Made by a program: the position numbers and the translations under genes. A stretch of DNA of 64,000 nt from Thermoplasmata archaeon (GTDB lineage Archaea > Thermoplasmatota > Thermoplasmata > Lutacidiplasmatales > UBA184), in assembly GCA_049675585.1 (NCBI GenBank), contig JBAUAJ010000055.1:55025-119024 (forward strand). Reading direction: 5' to 3'. The notes under the pieces are model-generated. The model saw only the letters and a list, made by a program, of their open reading frames with translations, was not told where the DNA came from and did not search any database. This document shows, piece after piece, positions 20,030-28,527 of the stretch (position 1 is its first letter; each line of letters opens with the position of its first letter).

Positions 20030-20321
20030 TGTCGCTTAAGGCCATCTAGTTAAGGGTCGAGCCCCCGTATCCACGATTTTTCGAGAGAGCTTGGAATTTC
20101 TGCGATCGGTTTTCGACCTGGATATGAAAACGCCTCTTCTTCAAATCAGTTGGGCCGTGCGACATCGGGATAGCAGTGCGGTCCCGATTCATTCAATTTT
20201 GGTTCATCCCGGATGACATGCTCCCCTGTTGAGGGTGAAATCTGTGATCCGAATAACTCCACCGAAGTGAGTAGCCTATGATGATTCGGCTGATTGAGGG
20301 GACGTCAGGGACTGGGCGAGA

Positions 20322-20663
20322 TTAGCGGGTCATGTGTTCAATAGCCATTGAACCTACCGCGGAAGTATCCGACGTAAAAGTCCGAAATCTAGTCCAATCA
20401 GGCGCCTTCCGACCGCTGAGCCCGGGTGCGGCCGTGACGGTGCTGGAGAACTCGTGCTGCAGGTCCGCGAGGACGTCAGCCGACGCGACCTTATCGCCAA
20501 AGTCCGCGGATTGGAGCCGGCCGCTGAGACTGTAGATCATCGAGCGCGTTGCCTTGTGGATGGGTGTAAACAAGTCCTCGGTCGCCGTCATTCGGGGGTC
20601 GTCTCGTTCCGCGACCAGATATGGCAGTGGCAGTTGATCCAAACCGGCACTACGGATACTCAA
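20322..20663 (-). CDS. hypothetical protein (uncertain)
   Basis: 113-aa ORF with non-repetitive composition. Its 3' end overlaps an instance of the island palindrome. No family recognised. Confidence 0.2.
   Translation of the reverse strand: MSIRSAGLDQLPLPYLVAERDDPRMTATEDLFTPIHKATRSMIYSLSGRLQSADFGDKVASADVLADLQHEFSSTVTAAPGLSGRKAPDWTRFRTFTSDTSAVGSMAIEHMTR
20336..20353. repeat. island inverted-repeat motif GTTCAAT-agcc-ATTGAAC
   Basis: Perfect 7-bp arms with a 4-nt NNCC spacer. About 310 bp upstream of the sulfatase-like gene and just before the vapBC module. Confidence 0.5.
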
Positions 20664-20725
20664 ACTGGCCGAACCGAGGGATGGGGAGTCTGTCTAAGCA
20701 CCCCCCCAGACGGCGACGGTCCCGG

Positions 20726-20743
20726 GTCCAATGCCCCTTGAAC
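20726..20743. repeat. degenerate motif instance GTCCAAT-gccc-CTTGAAC
   Basis: Imperfect arms. About 90 bp upstream of vapB. Confidence 0.3.
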
Positions 20744-20803
20744 CTCTTTCCTACGGCGTCCGGCTCCGGGAGCAAAGTCCAGCTACCACGAGCGAGCTAA
20801 CCC

Positions 20804-20825
20804 TTATACTGCATGCGCGCATGCA
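20804..20825 (+). promoter_or_regulatory. TATA-like box (TTATACT) plus perfect 16-bp palindrome TGCATGCGCGCATGCA upstream of vapB
   Basis: TATA centre is about 26 nt upstream of ATG 20833. The palindrome occupies -23..-8 and is a candidate antitoxin operator. Confidence 0.45.
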
Positions 20826-20832
20826 TCCCTCG

Positions 20833-21045
20833 ATGAGCAGGGCGGAAACCTCGGTCAGAGTCTCCAGAGACGTGCTCCAGCAGCTGGATCGCCTCAAAGA
20901 AACTTTCCATGTTCGAACCGCGGACGAGACCATTCGTGTGCTGATCCGCGAGCGGAGATCGCGCGCACTGACTCGGATGCTTGGCAGTGGGAAGGGGGTT
21001 GTTACTCCGTTCTCTGAGGAGGACCGTCTTGAGACTCACGATTGA
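20833..21045 (+). CDS. vapB: VapB-type antitoxin (type II TA)
   Basis: Start MSRAETSVRVSRDVLQQLDRLKE... (antitoxin-like) lies 26 nt downstream of a TTATACT TATA-like box. Overlaps the downstream PIN gene. Confidence 0.55.
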   Translation: MSRAETSVRVSRDVLQQLDRLKETFHVRTADETIRVLIRERRSRALTRMLGSGKGVVTPFSEEDRLETHD

Positions 21046-21436
21046 TACGTTTGCTTGGTTGGAACTGATTCGGGGGGGCGCGCCTGGGCGGCGTGTACGC
21101 AATCAACTCGAAGTAGCGGATAGTTGTCTTTGTCCCTCCATAGTCCTCGCCGAGATTGCCTCCAAACTTACGCGGCTCGGCGTGCCTGATCTGGTAATCG
21201 ACGGGCAGTTTCGGGCTATCCGGGAAGCCAGTCAGATTATCCCAATCGACGATGAAATCGCACTCGCGGGTGCGCATGCTCGGGAAGAGTTGCAGATGTC
21301 CGCGCGAGAACAACGAGCTCCTCTGCCGGGGCTCGCCGACGGGCTCATATTGGCGACCGCGAGGCTGACCCGTTCCCGATTATTGACCGGGGACCCCCAC
21401 TTTCGACATTGTCCTGAGACGATCTGGTTGGAGTAG
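21029..21436 (+). CDS. vapC: PIN-domain ribonuclease VapC (toxin)
   Basis: (M)RLTIDTFAWLELI... has acidic PIN residues (D..E..D..D). In-frame TTG start overlaps the vapB 3' end. Confidence 0.65.
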   Translation: MRLTIDTFAWLELIRGGAPGRRVRNQLEVADSCLCPSIVLAEIASKLTRLGVPDLVIDGQFRAIREASQIIPIDDEIALAGAHAREELQMSAREQRAPLPGLADGLILATARLTRSRLLTGDPHFRHCPETIWLE

Positions 21437-21668
21437 CTTGCAAGGAGCGGGCGCGGAGGACGGTCACCTCGACCTGGGTCCAAGAGCCCCAACCCGGGTG
21501 AACGCCGATAGTGTACAAGAGCCAGCGAACAGACGGGTCTCCGCGGAACGTACGGCTCCCCCCTGTGGAAACGCGAATGTCGCATTGCTACGAAATGGGT
21601 CCGAATCGATTTCGGTTGCTATCGTCCGAGTCGTGACGCCCGGTTCGCCGACCGTCTAGAACGCATGT

Positions 21669-22169
21669 GTGTTACCCCAAAGGGGTAATAATCCGAAACA
21701 ACCTGCTTCGGTCGTGGAGCCCGAGCTGGACCCCGGCGTCGTCGCGCTGTTCGGAAGCGAGACGCGAGTCCGTACCCTCGCGGTCCTCGCCAGTGCGCAT
21801 GCCCCCATGACCGCCTACCGGATCGGAAAGGTGGGGGGTATCTCGATGCCGAAGGCCTACCGGGAGGTCGCCCGACTCGAGAAGGCTGGGCTGGTCGGTG
21901 CGCGGAAGGCCGGGTGGATCCTGCTCGACCCGGACGTCCGCGCGCTCCTACGGAAGCGCGTTCGGGTTGCGTGGGCCAACGACTGGCTGGCGGAGCGGGC
22001 TCGCCGAGTGCCGGAGCAGCAGACTCTCTTCGACCGCTTGCAGCATACCGAGCACGCAAAGCCGCCCCGTGGGTGGAAGCCAAGGGAGCCGGAGCGGTTC
22101 CAGCGCTCGGCGTTCAAGGACGAGTTGCTACGCGGGATGGGTCTGAGGTCGTCAGACCATGCTGTCTAA
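21669..22169 (+). CDS. winged-helix protein, putative antitoxin of a reduced AbiE-like module (copy 1)
   Basis: Conserved GSETRVRTLAVLA...PMTAYRIGK...GW.LLD block is shared with 23348..23839 and 53666..54151. Start may be a downstream GTG. Confidence 0.5.
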   Translation: MLPQRGNNPKQPASVVEPELDPGVVALFGSETRVRTLAVLASAHAPMTAYRIGKVGGISMPKAYREVARLEKAGLVGARKAGWILLDPDVRALLRKRVRVAWANDWLAERARRVPEQQTLFDRLQHTEHAKPPRGWKPREPERFQRSAFKDELLRGMGLRSSDHAV

Positions 22170-22764
22170 ATCGGAGTTCGACGGGATACTCGGCCCGATC
22201 GCGGACCCGACTGCCAAGATCCAGACGCTCGGAGCGTTGCTGGCGAAGAACTCAGGCATGGGCTCTCGGCTCGTTATCGCCGGTGGTTCCGCGATTTCGA
22301 TCTACTCCCACGGTCGGTACACGTCAGGAGACATTGATGTTGTAGGCGATAAGGCGCGAATCGCGCCTATCCTGAGGCGGTGGGGCTTCGCGTCTGCAGA
22401 AGACCCCGATGGACGAGTCTACTGGACAAGAGAAGATCTCGGGCTGGTCATCGACATAATCCACCGATCTCCTAGTACTGGTTCGGGTCGATCAGGACGC
22501 CTTCGGAAAATCGTCACGGACTATGGCCCCGTCAGTGTGTCGGCAGTCGAGGACCTGATCGTCCGCCGCCTGGTCTTCTGGAGCCGGGATGGAAAACCTG
22601 AACTCATGGACCAGGCCGTCGCGCTGTACGTCGAGAACCGAGAGGAGATCGACGTCCCGTACCTCGAGGGCGAGATTGGGTGGGAGAGGGCCGACGCCGC
22701 ATACCGCGAGCTGCTACGGCTTGCCGGCCCCGGCTTCCGCGAGGAGTACGAGGGCGGCCCCTAG
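22159..22764 (+). CDS. minimal nucleotidyltransferase (AbiEii/DUF1814-like NTase fold, about 200 aa), putative toxin (copy 1)
   Basis: VIAGGSAISIYSHGRYTSGDIDVV (hG[GS]-x-Dh[DE]h), a third acidic VIDII, and conserved WGF and EDLIVRRL. Overlaps the upstream wHTH gene by 11 nt. Confidence 0.55.
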   Translation: MLSKSEFDGILGPIADPTAKIQTLGALLAKNSGMGSRLVIAGGSAISIYSHGRYTSGDIDVVGDKARIAPILRRWGFASAEDPDGRVYWTREDLGLVIDIIHRSPSTGSGRSGRLRKIVTDYGPVSVSAVEDLIVRRLVFWSRDGKPELMDQAVALYVENREEIDVPYLEGEIGWERADAAYRELLRLAGPGFREEYEGGP

Positions 22765-22936
22765 GAGTGCCAACCGATCTCGGTGAATGCGAAGGTTCCG
22801 GGTGAGCCTTCCAGCACGGCAATGGCCTTACGCAAAATGCCCGTTGTGTACTCAGAGGCCATTCAGTTGGCAGATCGGATCCTTTTGTAACGAGGGAATT
22901 GTCTAAGGACCCCTCCTGAGCGTGACGGTGTCGCGG

Positions 22937-22954
22937 GTTCAATGTCCATTGAGC
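22937..22954. repeat. island inverted-repeat motif GTTCAAT-gtcc-ATTGAGC (GGG-flanked)
   Basis: Lies in the 560-bp intergenic region between mini-AbiE module 1 and module 2. Confidence 0.5.
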
Positions 22955-23301
22955 ATTCTAGGCCAGATCTCGGCCCTTCGGCGAATCAGGATCATTTCCG
23001 CTTTACTTGAACCAAGGGTTCTTCATCGGGGTGCAAGTTACGACACCGGTGTATGCGGGAGTGGGTAGGTAAGGGGTAGGTAGCGTAACGGGGGGGCTGC
23101 GTCCTCTGAACCGGGTCGCGGCAGCTCGATTCCCGGAGTATTTTGACTGAATCGGAACTAAACTCCCCGACGACTCCCCTCTCGGCTTCCTCCCGGGGGC
23201 AGGCCGTGTGACCGAAGCGCTTCCGACCGCAAACCTGGATTCACTGCGCCGCGTTGGCGTCTGGCGCCGGGTGTTTGGCTTTCCACCCCTGGCCGTATGA
23301 T

Positions 23302-23320
23302 AGTCCCTTAGAAAGGGACT
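23302..23320 (+). promoter_or_regulatory. perfect inverted repeat AGTCCCTT-aga-AAGGGACT upstream of mini-AbiE module 2
   Basis: 8-bp arms. About 30 bp upstream of the wHTH start at 23348, so a candidate autoregulatory operator. Confidence 0.4.
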
Positions 23321-23347
23321 AATACTCCAGGTGAGGGTACTCCGACG

Positions 23348-23839
23348 ATGCGAGCCCGCCCCCCCCTGGACGTTGACCCAAAGGTCGAGGGGTTCATCGG
23401 AAGCGCCAATCGAGCTCGGACGTTGGCCCCTATCGCCAGCGCCCGGCAGCCGCTCACGGCGTACCGGATTGCGTGGCTCGCCCGAGTCCCGCGATCAAAG
23501 GTCTACGGCGAGCTCCGCCGCCTCAAGTCGCTCGGCTTGGTAGCCGAACGCGAGGACCCGAAAGGCGCTTCGACGTGGATCCTGCTAGATGAGGATGCGG
23601 CGGCCTACCTCCGGAAGAAGATGCGGGTGCTCTGGTCGGGGGACATCGGCCGGTCATCCGAGGAGATGGCCCGACGGGAGCGGTCTCGGTCGCGTCCAAG
23701 TTTCGCATGGTTCAACCGATCGAAGTACCAGCCAAACCCGAAGATCGCCGCTCGAATCGCAAAGGAAGTGACCCGGCCGGTCGGGAAGGGGGAGTTCCCC
23801 GGGATGCCGGAGGACCGCCGTTCCCGAAAGAACTCGTAA
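23348..23839 (+). CDS. winged-helix protein, putative antitoxin of a reduced AbiE-like module (copy 2)
   Basis: GSANRARTLAPIASARQPLTAYRIAWLA...TWILLD. A perfect 8-bp-arm palindrome lies about 30 bp upstream. Confidence 0.55.
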   Translation: MRARPPLDVDPKVEGFIGSANRARTLAPIASARQPLTAYRIAWLARVPRSKVYGELRRLKSLGLVAEREDPKGASTWILLDEDAAAYLRKKMRVLWSGDIGRSSEEMARRERSRSRPSFAWFNRSKYQPNPKIAARIAKEVTRPVGKGEFPGMPEDRRSRKNS

Positions 23840-24397
23840 ATGCGGATCTCCCGTGCGACGTTCGACCGCGCGATGGCCTCCGCGCCGAGCGAGGTCGAGC
23901 GGATACAGTACGTCGGCGCCCTCCTCGGGAAAGCAACAAATTCCGAGCCGATCATCGTCGGTGGGTCGGCAATCTACCTTCTCGCCCCTAGCCTGGAACC
24001 GTCGCTCGACGTCGACATCATTACGGACCGCTCTTCGGCACCGAATGTGGTCGAGTCGTGGGGTTTCGTCCGACGGAACGGCAGAGTGTGGCGCCGGGAG
24101 GACCTCCGGCTCGACATCGACCTGCTCCGCGAGTTCCGTGGGAGTCGGAAGCGGTCGCTGCTTGTTGAGACGCCACACGGGGCGGTCCGGGTCGCTTGCC
24201 CGGAGGACATGATCGTGAAGCGACTCGCGGAACTAAAGCACTGGCCGACGACCCCCGCGTGGCGCCGTCGTATCGGGGAGCAGGTGACGGTTCTCCTCGG
24301 TGAGTACGGCGGGAGCCTAGATGAGGAGTACCTCACGATTCGGGCTCGCCGCGAAGAGGTCGAAGACCTGCTGGCAGATTTCCGCAAGAACAGCTGA
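23840..24397 (+). CDS. minimal nucleotidyltransferase, AbiEii-like (copy 2)
   Basis: IIVGGSAIYLLAPSLEPSLDVDII, LDIDLL, WGF, EDMIVKRL. Immediately abuts the upstream wHTH gene. Confidence 0.55.
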   Translation: MRISRATFDRAMASAPSEVERIQYVGALLGKATNSEPIIVGGSAIYLLAPSLEPSLDVDIITDRSSAPNVVESWGFVRRNGRVWRREDLRLDIDLLREFRGSRKRSLLVETPHGAVRVACPEDMIVKRLAELKHWPTTPAWRRRIGEQVTVLLGEYGGSLDEEYLTIRARREEVEDLLADFRKNS

Positions 24398-25397
24398 TCC
24401 CTTCTCTCGCGTTTCGGGACTCCTCGCCTCCCCGAACCCTGAGGTGAACCTCCCAGGGTTTTCCCGCGGACCGTCCCATTTAGGGAATCGACTCCCGCTC
24501 CAATGGGGTGGGTTGTCTCCGTCAGGGCGTCAGCTAGCCACTTCGTGCGCGCCTTCCTTCTTCCCCTCGCATACATGTTGCGAAGGCTGGCTCGAACAAG
24601 ATTCCGGATAAGGACTCCCGGCGACGGGCGTTCTAGCGGCAGCTGGACCGCTGACTTCGTCGTCGTGTAGCCCTTGAGCTCCTTCCGGTGGTCCGCGATG
24701 GTCGGGGGCCGGAAGTACAAATCGACGTGCCGGCTCTGGAGGCGAAGCCACGTGATCATCCCCTTGTGCTCGGAACCTTCGTAGCCATGCCCCGGCATCC
24801 GACAGCCGGTCTCTTCCGTAGGATCCGGTGCAATCCCTCGGATCACGGAACGGACCCCCTTGAGGCGCGGTCTAACGCTCTGCGGGGAGCCGGCAATACA
24901 GGCATCGACTTTCGTGACCTAGGACTGGGGGAAGTCATCACCGCCGCATGGTTCGCCCGGTCAATCCGCTCGATGATTGCCAGACGACGTGGGGGGAGCT
25001 CTTCAAAGAGTGGCTACGCAAGGGCCAGATTCTGTTTCGTTCAGCGGCCTCTCTCCGATCCTGTGCGCGCACAGGAGAAGCCTCCCGAGACGAGCGGGAG
25101 CTGGTTCAACTTGTGGCCGGCCCCGGTGATCTTACCTGCTCGTCGGGCTACTGCTTGCCGCGTTAAGAATGCTCCTATTGGTCGGAGGTCTGGTCGCCGT
25201 CGTCGGGTATGATTCACCCGTCGCCGGCGTCCTAAGCTTTGGAGGCGCTGCGTTGCTCGGATGGGGAGCGTACAATCGTCTTAGGTTTGTCCTGTAACGA
25301 GCGTTTACGCTCCTCAAGCCCGCCAAATCGGCCGATCGCACCATTTTGTCGTGAGGGCTTTGTCCAAGGACCCCGCGGATGCGTGCGGCCGTCCTGG

Positions 25398-25415
25398 GTT
25401 CAGTATCCATTGAAC
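25398..25415. repeat. island inverted-repeat motif GTTCAGT-atcc-ATTGAAC
   Basis: Between module 2 and the PH-like membrane protein gene. Followed by CCACGGAACCCTAGCGG, similar to the flank at 54185. Confidence 0.5.
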
Positions 25416-25539
25416 CCACGGAACCCTAGCGGAATGCGTGCCCTCGCCCTGTGAAAACCCGATGGTCCCCGTCTACGAAATGTGTTTGAATCGTAATCTG
25501 CTCTGAAACCCTGCGCGCGCCTGAGGGGTTCCGCGGACT

Positions 25540-26079
25540 ATGAGCTTCTACCTCCCACGATGGCAGGACGGAGATCGCTGGACTCGAATCGACCCGCTCC
25601 AAATCGAATGGGTGAAGAGAACTAGGCCCCGATATCTACCATGGGTGGGCCTCGCCCTCGCCGCGGTCTTTCTCGCAGCGATTTACGTTGCCATTTCGGC
25701 GCTCATTCGATCCTGGTCAGCGTCGCTTTCTGCCCTGTGGCCCTCTCTCCTAATCGGCGGGATCGTAGTGGGCGGAGGGCTCGTCCTCGTCGCAAGGATT
25801 GCCCAGCCCTTGCTTGTGGGGGTCTCAGATCGGGGAGTGGTCTTCGGCCGGATCGGGGGCGAGGCCGTAGAGTGGAACCAGCTGATCCGCGTCCGTCCAT
25901 CGGCCTGGGGAATAGCCATCGATTATCCACTAAACTTAGGATGGTGGTTCCTGGTTCAGTGGTCCCCAAGTGCCATGATTTGGTCGGGCCAGGTTGCCAC
26001 TCGCTACATCGATGAGGGCCAGTTTCGAGCCATACTCCGACGGCCAGAATGTCCATCATGGCTTCGCCCCGATAGTTAG
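25540..26079 (+). CDS. membrane protein with 2 TM helices and PH-like C-terminal domain (hypothetical)
   Basis: Two consecutive hydrophobic helices followed by a roughly 90-aa soluble domain. No overlap with better ORFs. Confidence 0.4.
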   Translation: MSFYLPRWQDGDRWTRIDPLQIEWVKRTRPRYLPWVGLALAAVFLAAIYVAISALIRSWSASLSALWPSLLIGGIVVGGGLVLVARIAQPLLVGVSDRGVVFGRIGGEAVEWNQLIRVRPSAWGIAIDYPLNLGWWFLVQWSPSAMIWSGQVATRYIDEGQFRAILRRPECPSWLRPDS

Positions 26080-26177
26080 CGCCCTCCTGGGTTCGGGCAC
26101 TCGGACCTCTGACTAATCACCCGGAAGGCGTAGGTTTCTACCTACCCATTATGTACCAATAGGACACTAACTCGACA

Positions 26178-26915
26178 ATGCGTTGGGTCCCCGACTGGCT
26201 CGGAATTCGCCACGCCCACCTTTCGCGGTCGTTTGGGCATCGGACTTTCACTGCCCGAGATGCAAGAGACCTCCTGGCGGAGTCGGCGTCCTCAACAAAT
26301 CTGGTTCTATCCAGACTTGCTCGCGCGGGTTGGCTCGGCCATGTTTCCCAGGGGGTGTATGTGGCGATTCCGCCGGCTGCCATCCAGTCGGCACTTGTAA
26401 ACCGGTGGGATCTCCCCCTAATGGATCGTGCTTACTTTCCTTCCCTGGCTACGGCTGTAGGTCAGCTTCTGGAGCTGCTGGGAGATCGCCTCTACTCGGT
26501 GGCGCTCTTCGGATCGGCAGCGCGAGGTGAGGAACGACCCGAGAGCGACTTGGATCTAATCGTGGTAGCGGATTTTTCGTCGGGCGGCCCGGCTCGGTGG
26601 ATCGAGGAGCTGGGTTCCGTTCGGGCGGTATCTGAAGCGATTGCTTTCCGGCAGTGGGTTCAGAGCGGTGAGTACCACGCTGTGCAGTTGATACCGTATC
26701 GTCCGGAGGAGCTCACCGATCCGGGGCCCCTACTTCTCGATGCCACCGAGGACGCCATTCTCTTCGAGGATCGGGACGGTACACTTGCTTCTGCACTCTC
26801 GAATCTCCGAGGGGAGCTCCGGCGGCGGGGCGCCGTCAGATTACGGGACTCTCTAGGATTCCGGTACTGGGACCTAGGAATGCACGATCCATCCCAAGGA
26901 GAGGTACTGTCGTGA
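26178..26915 (+). CDS. wHTH-fused minimal nucleotidyltransferase (MntA-like antitoxin / NTase)
   Basis: N-terminal wHTH-like (LVLSRLARAGWLGHVSQGVYVAIP). NTase motif LFGSAARGEERPESDLDLIVV (GSxxRG...SDxDL). Confidence 0.6.
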   Translation: MRWVPDWLGIRHAHLSRSFGHRTFTARDARDLLAESASSTNLVLSRLARAGWLGHVSQGVYVAIPPAAIQSALVNRWDLPLMDRAYFPSLATAVGQLLELLGDRLYSVALFGSAARGEERPESDLDLIVVADFSSGGPARWIEELGSVRAVSEAIAFRQWVQSGEYHAVQLIPYRPEELTDPGPLLLDATEDAILFEDRDGTLASALSNLRGELRRRGAVRLRDSLGFRYWDLGMHDPSQGEVLS

Positions 26916-27403
26916 ACCTCGTCCCGGGTGCTGAATCCTTCCTTCGCCGAGCCTCCACGCGGCTGGACACCGCCGAACGGATGTTGGCTGAAGGAAATCT
27001 GCCCGAAGTAGTGCGGTTCTCCCAGGAGGCGACCGAGCACTCCCTCAAGGCCGCACTACGTCTGTTCGAAGTCGAGTATCCCAAGCGGCACGACCCAGCG
27101 GAGGCGCTTAAGGCGGGCCGTTCGAAATTTCCCCGATGGTTCCAGGTGGAGATCCCACGAATGGCCGCTCTATCCGCCATCCTTTCGGCCAACCGAGAAT
27201 TGGCGGTCTACGGAGACGAGAGAATCGGAAAAACCGCGGACGATCTCTTTTCCGATAAGGCGCAGGCCGCTGTCTGGTCGGCCGACGCACGGCGGGTCTA
27301 TCGTCTCTGCCTACGCCTCTCCAGAGCAACCCAATCGCAGAGGAAGGTGACATCGCCCTCGTCGAACCCGAAAGGGCGCAAACTCAAAGCCGGACTGGCG
27401 TAG
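26912..27403 (+). CDS. HEPN-domain protein (PF05168-like), partner of upstream NTase
   Basis: ...SQEATEHSLKAALRLFEVEYPKRHD matches the HEPN (kanamycin-NTase-associated) consensus QAaEkaLKAll...pktHd. GTGA start/stop overlap with the NTase gene. Confidence 0.55.
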   Translation: MNLVPGAESFLRRASTRLDTAERMLAEGNLPEVVRFSQEATEHSLKAALRLFEVEYPKRHDPAEALKAGRSKFPRWFQVEIPRMAALSAILSANRELAVYGDERIGKTADDLFSDKAQAAVWSADARRVYRLCLRLSRATQSQRKVTSPSSNPKGRKLKAGLA

Positions 27404-27431
27404 TTTTGGTGTTCTTCGAGCCGAAAACTGT

Positions 27432-27449
27432 GTTCAACGGCCATTGTAC
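27432..27449. repeat. island inverted-repeat motif GTTCAAC-ggcc-ATTGTAC
   Basis: Convergent intergenic region between the HEPN gene and hepT. Confidence 0.45.
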
Positions 27450-27562
27450 CCAACACCCGGCTATCGAGGGGGGTCACGACTCACAGACTGGAATTTCCAA
27501 ATCCGCACTCAAGAGGGGATAAACCTCCCGAGAGCGGGGCGACAATCAAAGTCTCATTCGCT

Positions 27563-27874
27563 TCACCGGGGAATCGACTCGATGCGCACTCTCGCCAATT
27601 TTCGCTCGAGGCCCCGTAACTCGGTCTGGACAAAATCCCAGGTATCCTTCAGGTTCAGACCACCGTATTCGTGTAGGAGCTCGTTCCGAAAGTTCGCAAG
27701 ATGCGACCACGGCACCGAGGGGTTCCGGCGTTGGGTCCGCTTCGGTACCCGCGAGGACGCCTCCCCGATGATCATGAGGTCGTACGCCACAACCTTCTGG
27801 AGGTCTCGGTCGCGTGCGAAGATCTCCCAGCCAACTCTCAGGTGTTCCCGAATATCCCGGAGCATGTCGAGCAT
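27563..27874 (-). CDS. hepT: HepT (DUF86) HEPN toxin
   Basis: IIGEASSRVPK and the Rx4-6H motif FRNELLHEY. Start taken at the internal Met (MLDMLRD). Confidence 0.65.
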   Translation of the reverse strand: MLDMLRDIREHLRVGWEIFARDRDLQKVVAYDLMIIGEASSRVPKRTQRRNPSVPWSHLANFRNELLHEYGGLNLKDTWDFVQTELRGLERKLARVRIESIPR

Positions 27875-27912
27875 GTCATCGACTCGGCCCTGGTCGGGCT
27901 CAATGGGCCGAG

Positions 27913-28359
27913 TCACAGGGCCACGGCATCCGCGAGGGCTTGGGCTCGAACGTACCACTTCAGGGACTCCTCCCTACACAGGTCGACGCTGCGACCTAGA
28001 ATGGTCTCGAGCTCTTCCTTAAACTCCGCTCGCCGCAGCAAGCCCAAGGGAGTTTCCGATTCAAAGAGAAGATCCACATCGCTTACCGCGGTCGCCTCTC
28101 CGCGGGCCACGGAACCAAAGACCCTGATTCGACTTACTTCAAATCGAGCGGCAAGTGGACGAATCCTCCGAATATGGGGCTGGATTATCTTATCCGTACC
28201 GAGACCGGTTGGTCGCATTGACTTGGGTTTGATTCGTGGAACGTTCCAAAGCTTGGACTTGCAACGGGGGCAAATCCGGACTCGATGGCCCCGAGGCCGC
28301 CAAGTGTAGACGCATCGGAAACAATGCACAAGGGCTCTCGCAGAACCAGCCATTGCCAA
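27913..28359 (-). CDS. mntA: MntA nucleotidyltransferase antitoxin with N-terminal CxxC...CxxC zinc ribbon
   Basis: VFGSVARGEATAVSDVDLLFE (GSxARG...SDVDL). N-terminal C-F-R-C-x14-C-P-R-C zinc-ribbon. Directly upstream of hepT. Confidence 0.65.
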   Translation of the reverse strand: MAMAGSARALVHCFRCVYTWRPRGHRVRICPRCKSKLWNVPRIKPKSMRPTGLGTDKIIQPHIRRIRPLAARFEVSRIRVFGSVARGEATAVSDVDLLFESETPLGLLRRAEFKEELETILGRSVDLCREESLKWYVRAQALADAVAL

Positions 28360-28410
28360 TGGTACTTCGCCGACGTACTTGACTTACCTTGCAGATTGGC
28401 ATTAAAGTAA

Positions 28411-28428
28411 GTTCAACAACAATTGAAC
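28411..28428. repeat. island inverted-repeat motif GTTCAAC-aaca-ATTGAAC
   Basis: Divergent region between mntA and the surface-protein gene. Confidence 0.5.
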
Positions 28429-28527
28429 CCACGGAGCCCTTCAGTAATGATTAAGCCCCTGAGTTCATTCTTCCCCTCGACATATTCCGAGGGTGGGGTG
28501 CCGAGAGAAACGCTGCTCGACATCGGA

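Noticed and set aside
20331-20360. Motif copies appear to encode short peptides such as MSIEH, MEIEH and MAIEH
   Set aside because: This is a consequence of the palindrome CCATTGAGCA/ATGTTCAAT containing ATG and in-frame codons. The peptides are 8-22 aa with no conservation beyond the motif itself.
22934-22956. GGGTTCAAT-containing segments resembling tRNA T-arm sequence (several sites)
   Set aside because: No acceptor stem or anticodon arm can be folded, there is no CCA context, and the element is an 18-bp palindrome repeated at least 18 times. It is a DNA motif, not a tRNA gene or fragment. No tRNA, rRNA or CRISPR repeat array was found anywhere in the window.
23974-24846. 290-codon minus-strand ORF
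   Set aside because: Its 3' two-thirds overlap the well-supported NTase gene 23840..24397 on the opposite strand and are Ser/Arg low-complexity. Only the first roughly 130 codons (24460..24846) might be a gene remnant. Left unannotated.
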